This document shows, one piece after another, positions 17,423-25,550 of a stretch of 33,411 nucleotides of DNA (its first letter is position 1; each line of letters starts with the position of its first letter). Made by a program: the position numbers and the translations under genes. The DNA is from an uncultured Saprospiraceae bacterium (GTDB taxonomy: Bacteria; Bacteroidota; Bacteroidia; Chitinophagales; Saprospiraceae), in NCBI GenBank assembly GCA_964549665.1, contig CAZJYF010000001.1, forward strand, positions 1-33,411. Reading direction: 5' to 3'. The notes beneath the pieces were generated by a model. That model saw nothing but the letters and a program-made list of their open reading frames with translations, did no database searches and was not told the DNA's origin.

Positions 17423-18769
17423 ATGTTGGAAAAATTCCTTCGATTTATCCATTCAAAAAAACTGGTTTCCAGCTTGGAAAAAACGCTGATAGCCACTAGC
17501 GCAGGGCTGGATTCGGTTGTCTTGTGCCATCTTTTTCTACAGGCAAAGTTGCCCTTTGGCATCGCGCATTGCAATTTTAATTTGCGGGGAAAAGAATCGG
17601 ACGAGGATGAAATATTTGTAAAAAAGCTAGCTCGCCAATTCGAGGTTCCCTATTTCACCGTCGGTTTTTCAACGGAGAAAGTTGCCAAAGAAAAGAAGCA
17701 ATCCATTCAGGTGGCTGCGCGGGAACTTCGCTACAAATGGCTCGAAGAAATGCGCCGGCAGAAGAACTTTCAACACATCGCCACTGCCCACCATTTGAAT
17801 GATTCCATCGAGACGGTGCTGTACAATTTCGCCAAAGGCTGCGGAATCCGAGGTTTGCACGGCATCCTGCCACAGCAGGGAAAAGTCATCCGCCCGCTGT
17901 TGTTCGCCACCAAAGACGAGATTTCCAATTTTGCAAAAAACCACCAAATCGCCTTCCGGGAAGATTCCTCCAATTTTTCAGATAAATATGCACGCAATCA
18001 AATCCGGCATCAGGTGGTCCCTGTTTTGCGGAAGCTGAACCCCAATTTGGAAAAATCTGCCGCAGAAACGATAACGCATCTAAAGGAAACCGAAGCAATT
18101 TTCGATTTCGGAATAGAAGTTCTCAAAAAAAACATCGTCGAAGATAAAGGGAAAGAATATTTAATCAACATTTTGGCTTTGCGCGCCTCCCCCGCTCTGG
18201 CAACCGTTTTGTTTGAAATATTAAAGCCCTTTCAGTTCAACAATCACCAAGTCATCCAAATTTTGCAAAGCATTGAAAACCAACCCGGAAGTCAGTTTTA
18301 TTCGCCAAGCCATCAATTGTTAATTGACCGGGAAATTCTGATTTTAAAAAAGAGGGAAAAGCCAAACAAAGCCTCCTTTTTTATTGAAAAGTTCCCTGCT
18401 TCAATTGATTTGAAAGATGGCAGTATCCTCTTACTGAAAAGAACCCAAAAGCCAAAGTCCTTCTCCAACAAACCTTCGATAGCCTTCCTCGATTTGGAAA
18501 AACTCTCTTTTCCCCTGCAAGTTCGGCATTGGCAAAGCGGGGATTTTTTTTGCCCGCAAGGCATGAAAGGCAAGCGACAGAAATTGCAGGATTTTTTCAG
18601 CAACCTAAAACTATCGCGTTTTGAAAAAGAAAGAATTTGGCTCCTGCTGAGTGGCGAGGAAATTTGCTGGGTGGTTGGACATCGAATAGGTGAAGATTTT
18701 AAAATTACTGCCGAAACCAAAGATTGCTTGCAGATAGAATTAAAAACTTTTGCCGGTTCATCGCAATAA
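17423..18769 (+). CDS. tilS: tRNA(Ile)-lysidine synthetase
   Basis: 448 aa. PP-loop LIATSAGLDSVVL, TAHHLNDSIETVLYN, a substrate-binding region, and a C-terminal TilS domain (RHWQSGDFFCPQGMKGKRQKLQDFF). Confidence 0.93.
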   Translation: MLEKFLRFIHSKKLVSSLEKTLIATSAGLDSVVLCHLFLQAKLPFGIAHCNFNLRGKESDEDEIFVKKLARQFEVPYFTVGFSTEKVAKEKKQSIQVAARELRYKWLEEMRRQKNFQHIATAHHLNDSIETVLYNFAKGCGIRGLHGILPQQGKVIRPLLFATKDEISNFAKNHQIAFREDSSNFSDKYARNQIRHQVVPVLRKLNPNLEKSAAETITHLKETEAIFDFGIEVLKKNIVEDKGKEYLINILALRASPALATVLFEILKPFQFNNHQVIQILQSIENQPGSQFYSPSHQLLIDREILILKKREKPNKASFFIEKFPASIDLKDGSILLLKRTQKPKSFSNKPSIAFLDLEKLSFPLQVRHWQSGDFFCPQGMKGKRQKLQDFFSNLKLSRFEKERIWLLLSGEEICWVVGHRIGEDFKITAETKDCLQIELKTFAGSSQ

Positions 18770-18814
18770 TGGGACAGGATTTGCAACGCATCAAAGTGAA
18801 ACATCTCGAATTCT

Positions 18815-21271
18815 TTATTTCCTTGTCCCAATCTTCACAAATTTTTTCGCAATTACACCCCCGTTGGTCACAATCTCCAAAAAATACGCGCCTCCCGGCA
18901 AATTGTTTACATCAACCGGCAAATCATTAATCAATCCATTTTGTAACGGGCGGGAAGCCATGAGCTTGCCCGAAGTATCAAAAATCCTAATCGCCCCTTT
19001 CCTTGGGAGGCCGCTCTGAGTTGTTGTCAAAAAAAGCTTATCCCGGACTGGATTTGGCGAAAGCTGTATCTCAAAAGTCTGTAAGTCAGTCTCTTTGGTA
19101 GCGACCACCTGATTGGAAATGTGCAGCCGGACGATGGGAATCCGGTCCAGACCCAAACCCACCGTATTGAAATCCGGATCGTCTCCCTGCCGGAACATCG
19201 GGGCGTAACGGGGTTGATCCAATTGCCTCGAAAGCAAAAACATGGCCGTGTAATCGAATTCCTCACTCGCCCCGATGTAAAAGGGGATTCCTTGGAAGGG
19301 ATTGTCATAAGCCACGGTGGCGAAGTAGTAAGAATCGTTTTCCAAAGCGACGGCTGACCCGTCGAACGAGATGGGAATAGTCACCAATAAGCTATTCGAA
19401 CTTGAAGGTGGAATGGTAAACGAATTCAGGGCGATTTCCTCGTATTCATCGGGGCTAGCGATAAATTCGCCACCCAGAGAATCGGCTTCCCACTTATAAA
19501 GCCGCACATTGAGCGTTACGTTGGGCAAAAGAGCCGCCAAGCCAATGCCAAAGGATATCCCCGTGGCGTACCAACCGTCGCCATTGGGCACGAAAAAACA
19601 ATTTCCAATTTCATAGCGAAGGGGACCGCTGCTTGGAGTAAAAAAATTGAAACTGCCCGCCACTTCCCTCTCCTTGGCGAAGGTGGAATCAGATACCTCA
19701 AAAAACCAGTGGATTTCATTATTCAAAGGGTCCCCGTCGGATTCGTTTGCACGGACAGTGTACCGCCCCAAATAGGAGGCGACCTCCATGTCCGGTGTAA
19801 AGAGGTTGTCAAAAAACTGGTTTTCTTCCAATTGGCAATCCGACAATGTGCCAAATTCGAGGGAATCTATGAACAGTTCTTCTTTGGTATCAAAATTTTG
19901 GACGCTCGCAAACTCCACCACCCCGGTTTGTGCCTGATTGCCAATATTTTGAACATCCGCCAAAAAACCAAAAGGAGCAACCTGCCCGGAAGGTGTCTGA
20001 AATGAAGGGGCGATGGCGAAAAAATTCCGCTTCATTTCCAAATCATTGTCCAGGCGTTCGAGGATGCGAACATCATCGATTGCCCAAAACACGGCATCAC
20101 CGGCGAAGGTGAATTTTATTTTAAAATCCGCCGCCCCGGGAACCTCCGGAGGCAGGGTAAAAGTGGAAGAGCCACAAAATTTTCCCAAAAAAGAAAGGCG
20201 AGGATTCGCATCAACCGGATCGCTCCAAGTACCTCCGCCATCCGTGCTGTAAGCAAATGAGGTGATTATTTTGGGGTCGAACGGAGTGTACGGGTTGCCC
20301 TTTTGCACTGCCTGGGAAAAGCAAAGGGCGAGTTTAGTGTCCGCGCCTACGCCACTCAAATCGATGGCAGGCGATTCCAAAGATGCAAAGGTGAAAGGAG
20401 TAGGTTCTCCCGCATTTGCACAAGCTCCCGAAACCAAAAGGGCCATGCCGTTGGCGGCCGAAAGAGCGCAGGAAAAGCGGTCGCTTTCCGAAGGGATCGG
20501 GTTATCGATGAAGCCGTCGGCAGACCAAACCCAGGAACAGGTGTCCAAAGAATTGCTCGTGACCCAGCCGTTCAAACCTCCGGCAAAATCTCCCTCGCCG
20601 GGGTTAGCCCCCCACACTACCCTTTCATTCATTGGATTGTGGTCGAAAAGGGCCACGTCATCCATCGCCCAAACCCATTCCAAAATCCCCTCCCATTGCC
20701 ATTGTATCTCCACTTCCGATTCATTCGCTGCGACCGAGGAAATGTCGAGCAAAGCCACTTGGGGATTCCATGAACGCAAATCCAAAATGTCGCTGTCGAC
20801 AACCTTTAAAAGAGGAAAAGGGTGGAAAACGATCCAATCGGAGTTGGCATTTTTTATCCGGACCACTGCGCCGAAATTGGGCGGAATGCCGGCCGTTCCC
20901 AATAGCGATTCAAAGCGCAAATAAACTGTCGAATGGAGGCTGCAGTCAATTGCTGGAGCGGTCAAGCGCGTCAAAAAGGTGTCCGGTGAAAAATGCCCCT
21001 GCGCCTTGGAAAAGACATAGCCATTTAGCATGGTGGAAGATTCAAAACGCGCATCGTCGAAGAAAAAAACGGTTTGCTGCGTCTTGGGCGGACAGTCCCG
21101 ATAGTCGTCGCAAAATTCCCACAAGACCCCATTGCCAGACACATCCGCATTGTCCCAATCCGCTGGTAGTCCATTCGAAAAATCTTCCGTCCAAAAGGGT
21201 TGGGCATTTAAGCCAGGTAAAAAAAAGAGAATAGCCAGAACAGGCAGGAAATAGATAATCCTTCGGTTCAT
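18815..21271 (-). CDS. Large secreted multi-domain protein with T9SS C-terminal sorting domain
   Basis: 818 aa with signal peptide MNRRIIYFLPVLAILFFLPGLNAQ. Two MAM/choice-of-anchor-J-like modules end in WAMDDVALFD and WAIDDVRILE. The C-terminus LSPNPVRDKLFL...IRIFDTSGKLM...LPGGAYFLEIV...KKFVKI is a Por_Secre_tail pattern. Confidence 0.88.
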   Translation of the reverse strand: MNRRIIYFLPVLAILFFLPGLNAQPFWTEDFSNGLPADWDNADVSGNGVLWEFCDDYRDCPPKTQQTVFFFDDARFESSTMLNGYVFSKAQGHFSPDTFLTRLTAPAIDCSLHSTVYLRFESLLGTAGIPPNFGAVVRIKNANSDWIVFHPFPLLKVVDSDILDLRSWNPQVALLDISSVAANESEVEIQWQWEGILEWVWAMDDVALFDHNPMNERVVWGANPGEGDFAGGLNGWVTSNSLDTCSWVWSADGFIDNPIPSESDRFSCALSAANGMALLVSGACANAGEPTPFTFASLESPAIDLSGVGADTKLALCFSQAVQKGNPYTPFDPKIITSFAYSTDGGGTWSDPVDANPRLSFLGKFCGSSTFTLPPEVPGAADFKIKFTFAGDAVFWAIDDVRILERLDNDLEMKRNFFAIAPSFQTPSGQVAPFGFLADVQNIGNQAQTGVVEFASVQNFDTKEELFIDSLEFGTLSDCQLEENQFFDNLFTPDMEVASYLGRYTVRANESDGDPLNNEIHWFFEVSDSTFAKEREVAGSFNFFTPSSGPLRYEIGNCFFVPNGDGWYATGISFGIGLAALLPNVTLNVRLYKWEADSLGGEFIASPDEYEEIALNSFTIPPSSSNSLLVTIPISFDGSAVALENDSYYFATVAYDNPFQGIPFYIGASEEFDYTAMFLLSRQLDQPRYAPMFRQGDDPDFNTVGLGLDRIPIVRLHISNQVVATKETDLQTFEIQLSPNPVRDKLFLTTTQSGLPRKGAIRIFDTSGKLMASRPLQNGLINDLPVDVNNLPGGAYFLEIVTNGGVIAKKFVKIGTRK

Positions 21272-21289
21272 AACTTTATAATTTTGAAA

Positions 21290-22282
21290 TCACAAAAGGG
21301 AAGAGTATTCCCTAAATTCTCGCTTCAATTTCTCTTTATCTACCGAAACTACACCCACTTTCTCGCATACCTGACCACCTGCCAGATTTGCCAAAACAGC
21401 CATTTCTTCCAACTGCATCGAAGCTGCCAAGCCAACAGCAGCTACACTGATGACTGCATCACCTGCACCACAGACGTCGGCTATAGCTCTCGGCCGGGTA
21501 GGTACTATTTCCCCATGGCCCTTTTCATAAATAAACAAACCTTTTCCTCCCAGGGTAATCATCGTAATCGCATTCGACATTTTGCGCCGGATAAAAGTGG
21601 AGGCTTCGTTCAAATCAGATTCTGTGATGGCAATCGCTCGTCCCAATCCTTTCTGCACTTCTTTGAGGTTGGGTTTAAAAAGTTGCACACCCCGGTACTC
21701 CCAAAAATTCCTGTTTTTGGGGTCTGCAACTGTTGGAATAGCCCGCTCGCGGGCCTCCAAAAGGATCGACTTTATGACCCTTTTTGACAACACGCCTTTG
21801 TTGTAGTCCTGAAGTAAAATGACGTGAATATTTTTGGTCTCCAACAAAAAGCGAATGTTTTCGAGAAAGGCAGTTTCGACCTGGATGGCAATATCTTTCG
21901 TATCTTCTCGGTCTACCCTTAGGAGGTGTTGATTGTCAGCGATCACCCTCGTTTTGACCGTCGTCAATCTATCCTTCGATTGCAGGATTCCCTGGCTGAA
22001 AAGTCCGGTTTGGGAGAGCAATTCCAAAAAATGAGCCGCATTTTCGTCTTTACCAATGACGCCACACAAATAGGGAGTAGCGCCCAATCCCAGTACGTTT
22101 AACGCAACATTTGCAGCCCCGCCTAACCGGTTTTCCTCCCCTTGAAAACGGACCACGGGCACCGGGGCCTCCGGCGAAATCCGGTTCACATCCCCCCATA
22201 AATACTGGTCGAGCATCAAGTCGCCAACTATCAGCACGTTTACTTTTTCAAAAGCTTGAAATATGGACGTCGTCTCTATCAT
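21290..22282 (-). CDS. rfaE1: D-glycero-beta-D-manno-heptose-7-phosphate kinase (RfaE domain I, PfkB family)
   Basis: VLIVGDLMLDQYLWGDVNRISPEAPVPVV, RLGGAANVALNVLGLG, and the C-terminal DVCGAGDAV PfkB motif. I chose the start at ATG 22282 (330 aa) because the extension to 22372 runs through a repeat-structured region; 22372 remains possible. Confidence 0.87.
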   Translation of the reverse strand: MIETTSIFQAFEKVNVLIVGDLMLDQYLWGDVNRISPEAPVPVVRFQGEENRLGGAANVALNVLGLGATPYLCGVIGKDENAAHFLELLSQTGLFSQGILQSKDRLTTVKTRVIADNQHLLRVDREDTKDIAIQVETAFLENIRFLLETKNIHVILLQDYNKGVLSKRVIKSILLEARERAIPTVADPKNRNFWEYRGVQLFKPNLKEVQKGLGRAIAITESDLNEASTFIRRKMSNAITMITLGGKGLFIYEKGHGEIVPTRPRAIADVCGAGDAVISVAAVGLAASMQLEEMAVLANLAGGQVCEKVGVVSVDKEKLKREFREYSSLL

Positions 22283-22455
22283 AGGAAAAAAGATATCAAT
22301 CGAGTAATTGTCAGAATCAGGATTTACAGGGTTAGAAAATTTATAGGATTCAGAAAAGTATCGGTGTGACATGAATTCAAGCCGATTCTAGAGGAAATAA
22401 TTCCTGAATTAGAATCCTGAAAATCCTGATTCGGACGTTTTCAATCCTTTGAGTC

Positions 22456-23709
22456 CTACTTCAGAAAATTACAAATCTCGCTCAAAACAGTGGCGGTGGC
22501 CCCCCGGTTTTTCGAAATAAAGGTCTTGGCTTGCAAAGAAGCTTCTTCATAATTGGAAGCATTGGCGAGTCGATGAAAAATAGTTTGAAAGGCTTTGGCA
22601 TCCTCGACAGAAAAAGCACCTCCTGCTTCCAATAATGATCGCGCTTCGGCAAATTTGTGGTAATTCGGACCGAAAACTACCGGCAAACCCCAGGCAACAG
22701 GTTCCAGAATATTGTGAATACCTTTTCCAAAACCGCCTCCAATGTAAGCAATTTTACCGTAGCGATAGATGGAAGACAGGATTCCAATATTGTCAATCAG
22801 CAACACTTTGGCGGCTTTTGCAGAATTCTTGTTGGCTTGGGAATAGCGAAGGGTTCTCACTTTTAGACTTGCTTCCATCCTGTCAATATTAGCCTCACTT
22901 ATATCGTGGGGTGCGAGAATGTATTTCCAATCTGGGGCCTTTTGCGCATTTATAAAATCAGATAAAATGGCCGCCCCCTCCTTCCAGATACTACCGCCAA
23001 TGAGCACCTGGTGATCTTCGCAAAAGCCTTCCACGACCGGGAAATTTTTGGCTTGGGCTGTTATCTCCAAAACGCGGTCAATTCGAGTATCTCCGGCAAG
23101 GATAGCTTTTTCGTTACCAATTGATTTCAAGCGTTTCAACGAGTCTTCGTTTTGCACAAAAATTTTAGAAAAACAAGCAAGCATCTCGCGATGCAAGCCC
23201 CCAAACCATTGAAAAAAGGGCTGCCCTTTTCGGAAAATTGCAGATATCAAAACGACTGGAATTTCCCGCTTTTTCAAACCGGTCAGGAAGTGGTACCAAA
23301 ATTCGTATTTCACAAAAATCGCCAAATCCGGTCGAGTGATTTCTAAAAATCTCCGGGCATTATTCTTCGTATCGGAAGGAAGATAGAAAACATAATCTGC
23401 TGTTTTGTAATCTTTTCTAATCTCGAAGCCGGATGGGGAAAAAAAGGTGAGTAAAATTCGTAAACCTGGGACTTCTTTTTTCAGCCCCTCCATCAAAGGC
23501 CTGCCTTGTTCAAACTCGCCGAGAGAGGCGCAATGCACCCAAACGAGAGGGGCGTATTCTTCCGCCCGCCTTGTCTTGAATCCTTTCTCCAACTTCTCAA
23601 AATAATCCTTTCGCCCTTCCACCCATTTCCTGCTTTTGTGGTCGAACAAAGATGCCACGCCAATGAGAAGGAAGTAAATTTGCGTCACTAAATTGTAGAG
23701 GGTGGTCAT
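22456..23709 (-). CDS. waaA: 3-deoxy-D-manno-octulosonic acid (Kdo) transferase
   Basis: 417 aa with an N-terminal TM anchor. VWVHCASLGEFEQGRPLMEGLKK is the hallmark Glycos_transf_N (KdtA) motif. The C-terminal half is GT-B. Confidence 0.92.
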   Translation of the reverse strand: MTTLYNLVTQIYFLLIGVASLFDHKSRKWVEGRKDYFEKLEKGFKTRRAEEYAPLVWVHCASLGEFEQGRPLMEGLKKEVPGLRILLTFFSPSGFEIRKDYKTADYVFYLPSDTKNNARRFLEITRPDLAIFVKYEFWYHFLTGLKKREIPVVLISAIFRKGQPFFQWFGGLHREMLACFSKIFVQNEDSLKRLKSIGNEKAILAGDTRIDRVLEITAQAKNFPVVEGFCEDHQVLIGGSIWKEGAAILSDFINAQKAPDWKYILAPHDISEANIDRMEASLKVRTLRYSQANKNSAKAAKVLLIDNIGILSSIYRYGKIAYIGGGFGKGIHNILEPVAWGLPVVFGPNYHKFAEARSLLEAGGAFSVEDAKAFQTIFHRLANASNYEEASLQAKTFISKNRGATATVLSEICNFLK

Positions 23710-23769
23710 TAGGTAAGTTGGTCAATGAGTCATTGGGTCAATGGGTCATTGAATGAGGTAATCAAAAAA

Positions 23770-24519
23770 TCAATAAAAAATCTCCTCCGGCTTTGTACCC
23801 AAATATAAAGGCACTGTCCAGCTAACCCGGAAACCCAAGAGCAGGTCGAGGCGATTCTCATCATCTTTGCGCATGGTATCGAAATTAATATCCCGGCGGC
23901 TTTGGGTAAAAGCCTCTGTAAAATCAAAACCTGCGAAAAAATTGATGCGGTGGTGGCGGGTTAGCAACTGGTAACCGATAAATTGCGTGATTGCCAATCC
24001 ATTGGTCAACCGGTCAAAGCCTTTTTTATTTTCGCCAGCAATGAGGGAAACAAAAGATTGGGGGTCCTGCTGAACTCTTATCTTGTGTTGCAATAATCCC
24101 AAGCCAATCGTGGCGCGAATTCCGGAACGGGGGTTGTTTTTATCCAAAGAAATTAACTTCCCAATATGACCATCAAAGGACAATCCCCGTTCGCGCAGTT
24201 GTACACTTGCCGGAGACAGGTCATCACCAAAAATCAAATTATCTTGATTGCGGAGGGGCGCTAAAACATCCAAATTCACGTTGTTCCCAAAAAGGAAATT
24301 CGCTGTAACGCCAAAAATCAGGTTTTTCTTGGTCATATAATCCACTCCTCCCCCTGCTTCAAAATTCTGGTCAAAGCGGTCTGCCAAATCGCCTCCGGGC
24401 AGTTGAATTCCATAGGATAAGTTGATAAGAATTACATTGCCACCGTTGTCTTTTTGGACCTGTGCCCATGTGGAAAGAAAAAATGAACACAGGAAAGCAA
24501 GAATAAAAATGTATCGCAT
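23770..24519 (-). CDS. Outer-membrane beta-barrel protein (hypothetical)
   Basis: 249 aa with signal peptide MRYIFILAFLCSFFLSTWAQ, amphipathic beta-strand periodicity, and a terminal aromatic residue (EEIFY) typical of OMP barrels. Confidence 0.7.
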   Translation of the reverse strand: MRYIFILAFLCSFFLSTWAQVQKDNGGNVILINLSYGIQLPGGDLADRFDQNFEAGGGVDYMTKKNLIFGVTANFLFGNNVNLDVLAPLRNQDNLIFGDDLSPASVQLRERGLSFDGHIGKLISLDKNNPRSGIRATIGLGLLQHKIRVQQDPQSFVSLIAGENKKGFDRLTNGLAITQFIGYQLLTRHHRINFFAGFDFTEAFTQSRRDINFDTMRKDDENRLDLLLGFRVSWTVPLYLGTKPEEIFY

Positions 24520-24924
24520 AATTTTATTTTCTGGAAGATCTTTTTTGGATTGACCAACTTCATCTCAATGCCCAGGAAGGTTTGCGATCCGACCAGCCAC
24601 CTTTGAGGCTGTTTCAAAAGACCCGATTTGCAAAATTTTTATAATTTGGTAAATCTATAACTCGCTGATTATAAATTTACTAAATAATTAAAATATCGCA
24701 AATTAATACCTCAAGAAGTCTTTTGAGATAGCTTCGAGCAGTTGGGGGGGTGTCAAAAACTTATGACTTACACCACAAGCTGCTAAATGGAAATCTTCAT
24801 TCTTTGAAAAAACGAATGATTTCCCAAAATGCTGTTTGCGCAAAGTGCTGCAAAAGTAATCACCGGCTTCCGAACGAACAAATCCCGAAGCGGCCTGCAA
24901 AATATACCACGTGCAAATGCCGCC

Positions 24925-25464
24925 TCACTTACATTTCCCTTTCTTCCATTTTTTCACCCCGGCAGCCTTGGCTTTGCATTCATTGCCGTAGGTTTTGCCG
25001 TCACAGCCGCAGACGGGGGCATAATTTTCGGGGCAATTTAGCTTGGATTTCTTATCCGAGCCAAGGCAGTCGGCACATTTTCCTGCTTCCCACCTCAACA
25101 AGCCTGCTTTTGCTGCTTCGCATTCATTGGCGTAGGTTCTTCCGTCGCAACCGCAGACGGGCGCATAATTTCGAGGGCAGGCTTGGTCGAGGGCTATTTT
25201 TGAGGCATCCACGCAGTCTTCGCACTTTCCGGGCGTAAAACTCGTCAGGCCGGCTTTCCCAGCAAGGCAGGGGTTGCCGTAGGTCTTGCCGTCACAGCCA
25301 CAGACGGGTCGATATTCCTTGGTGCAGGGTGCCTTTGGGTCAATTTTAGTTTCATCGATGCAGTTGTTGGTAGTTGTCGATGCAGGGGTCGGTTTTGGAG
25401 TACGGCAGGCAGCAAAAAAAATCAGGAGGAGAATCAGATGGGAAGAAGTTTTAAAATTCATCAT
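24925..25464 (-). CDS. Lipoprotein with three tandem Kazal-like serine-protease-inhibitor domains
   Basis: I chose the start at ATG 25464 (MMNFKTSSHLILLLIFFAAC, lipobox). The track start at 25527 runs through a perfect hairpin. Three modules are present: CTKEYRPVCGCDGKTYGNPC, CPRNYAPVCGCDGRTYANEC, CPENYAPVCGCDGKTYGNEC, each ending G/K-KC. Confidence 0.82.
   Translation of the reverse strand: MMNFKTSSHLILLLIFFAACRTPKPTPASTTTNNCIDETKIDPKAPCTKEYRPVCGCDGKTYGNPCLAGKAGLTSFTPGKCEDCVDASKIALDQACPRNYAPVCGCDGRTYANECEAAKAGLLRWEAGKCADCLGSDKKSKLNCPENYAPVCGCDGKTYGNECKAKAAGVKKWKKGKCK
24931..25362 (-). repeat. Three in-frame tandem coding repeats (period about 147 nt) encoding the Kazal-like modules
   Basis: The modules span residues C56-C102, C105-C151 and C154-C199 (numbered from the 25527 ORF). 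The cysteine spacing is conserved: C-x10/11-C-x7-C-x-C-x8-C-x14-C. Confidence 0.8.
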
Positions 25465-25499
25465 TTGGTGGGGGTTAAAATGGAAAACTCGCATAAATA

Positions 25500-25532
25500 A
25501 AATCATGGTGATTTTCCAAATCACCATGATTT
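25500..25532 (-). terminator. Perfect 15-bp hairpin between DUF4340 and the Kazal gene (candidate terminator or attenuator)
   Basis: AAATCATGGTGATTT (25500-25514), loop TCC, AAATCACCATGATTT (25518-25532). It lies 18 nt after the DUF4340 stop. On the minus strand it is followed by TTATTTAT. The stem is AT-rich. Confidence 0.5.
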
Positions 25533-25550
25533 CGATTCACACAGCGGGTT

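Noticed and set aside
20262-21234. Long plus-strand ORFs (220, 156 and 200 aa) inside the 818-aa T9SS gene
   Set aside because: They are arginine/proline/serine-rich low-complexity translations, typical of antisense frames in GC-rich coding sequence. The minus-strand frame has a signal peptide, domain-like motifs and a T9SS tail.
24750-25238. 162-aa plus-strand ORF antisense to the Kazal-like gene, and the 65-aa minus ORF at 24703-24900
   Set aside because: The 162-aa product is R/H/C-rich nonsense mirroring the Cys-codon-rich repeats. The 65-aa ORF lies in the 3' flank, has no recognisable features, and I cannot support it.
25465-25527. N-terminal extension of the Kazal ORF to the track start at 25527
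   Set aside because: The extension (MVIWKITMILFM...) is encoded by the perfect 15-bp hairpin at 25500-25532. The internal ATG at 25464 immediately yields a lipoprotein signal peptide.
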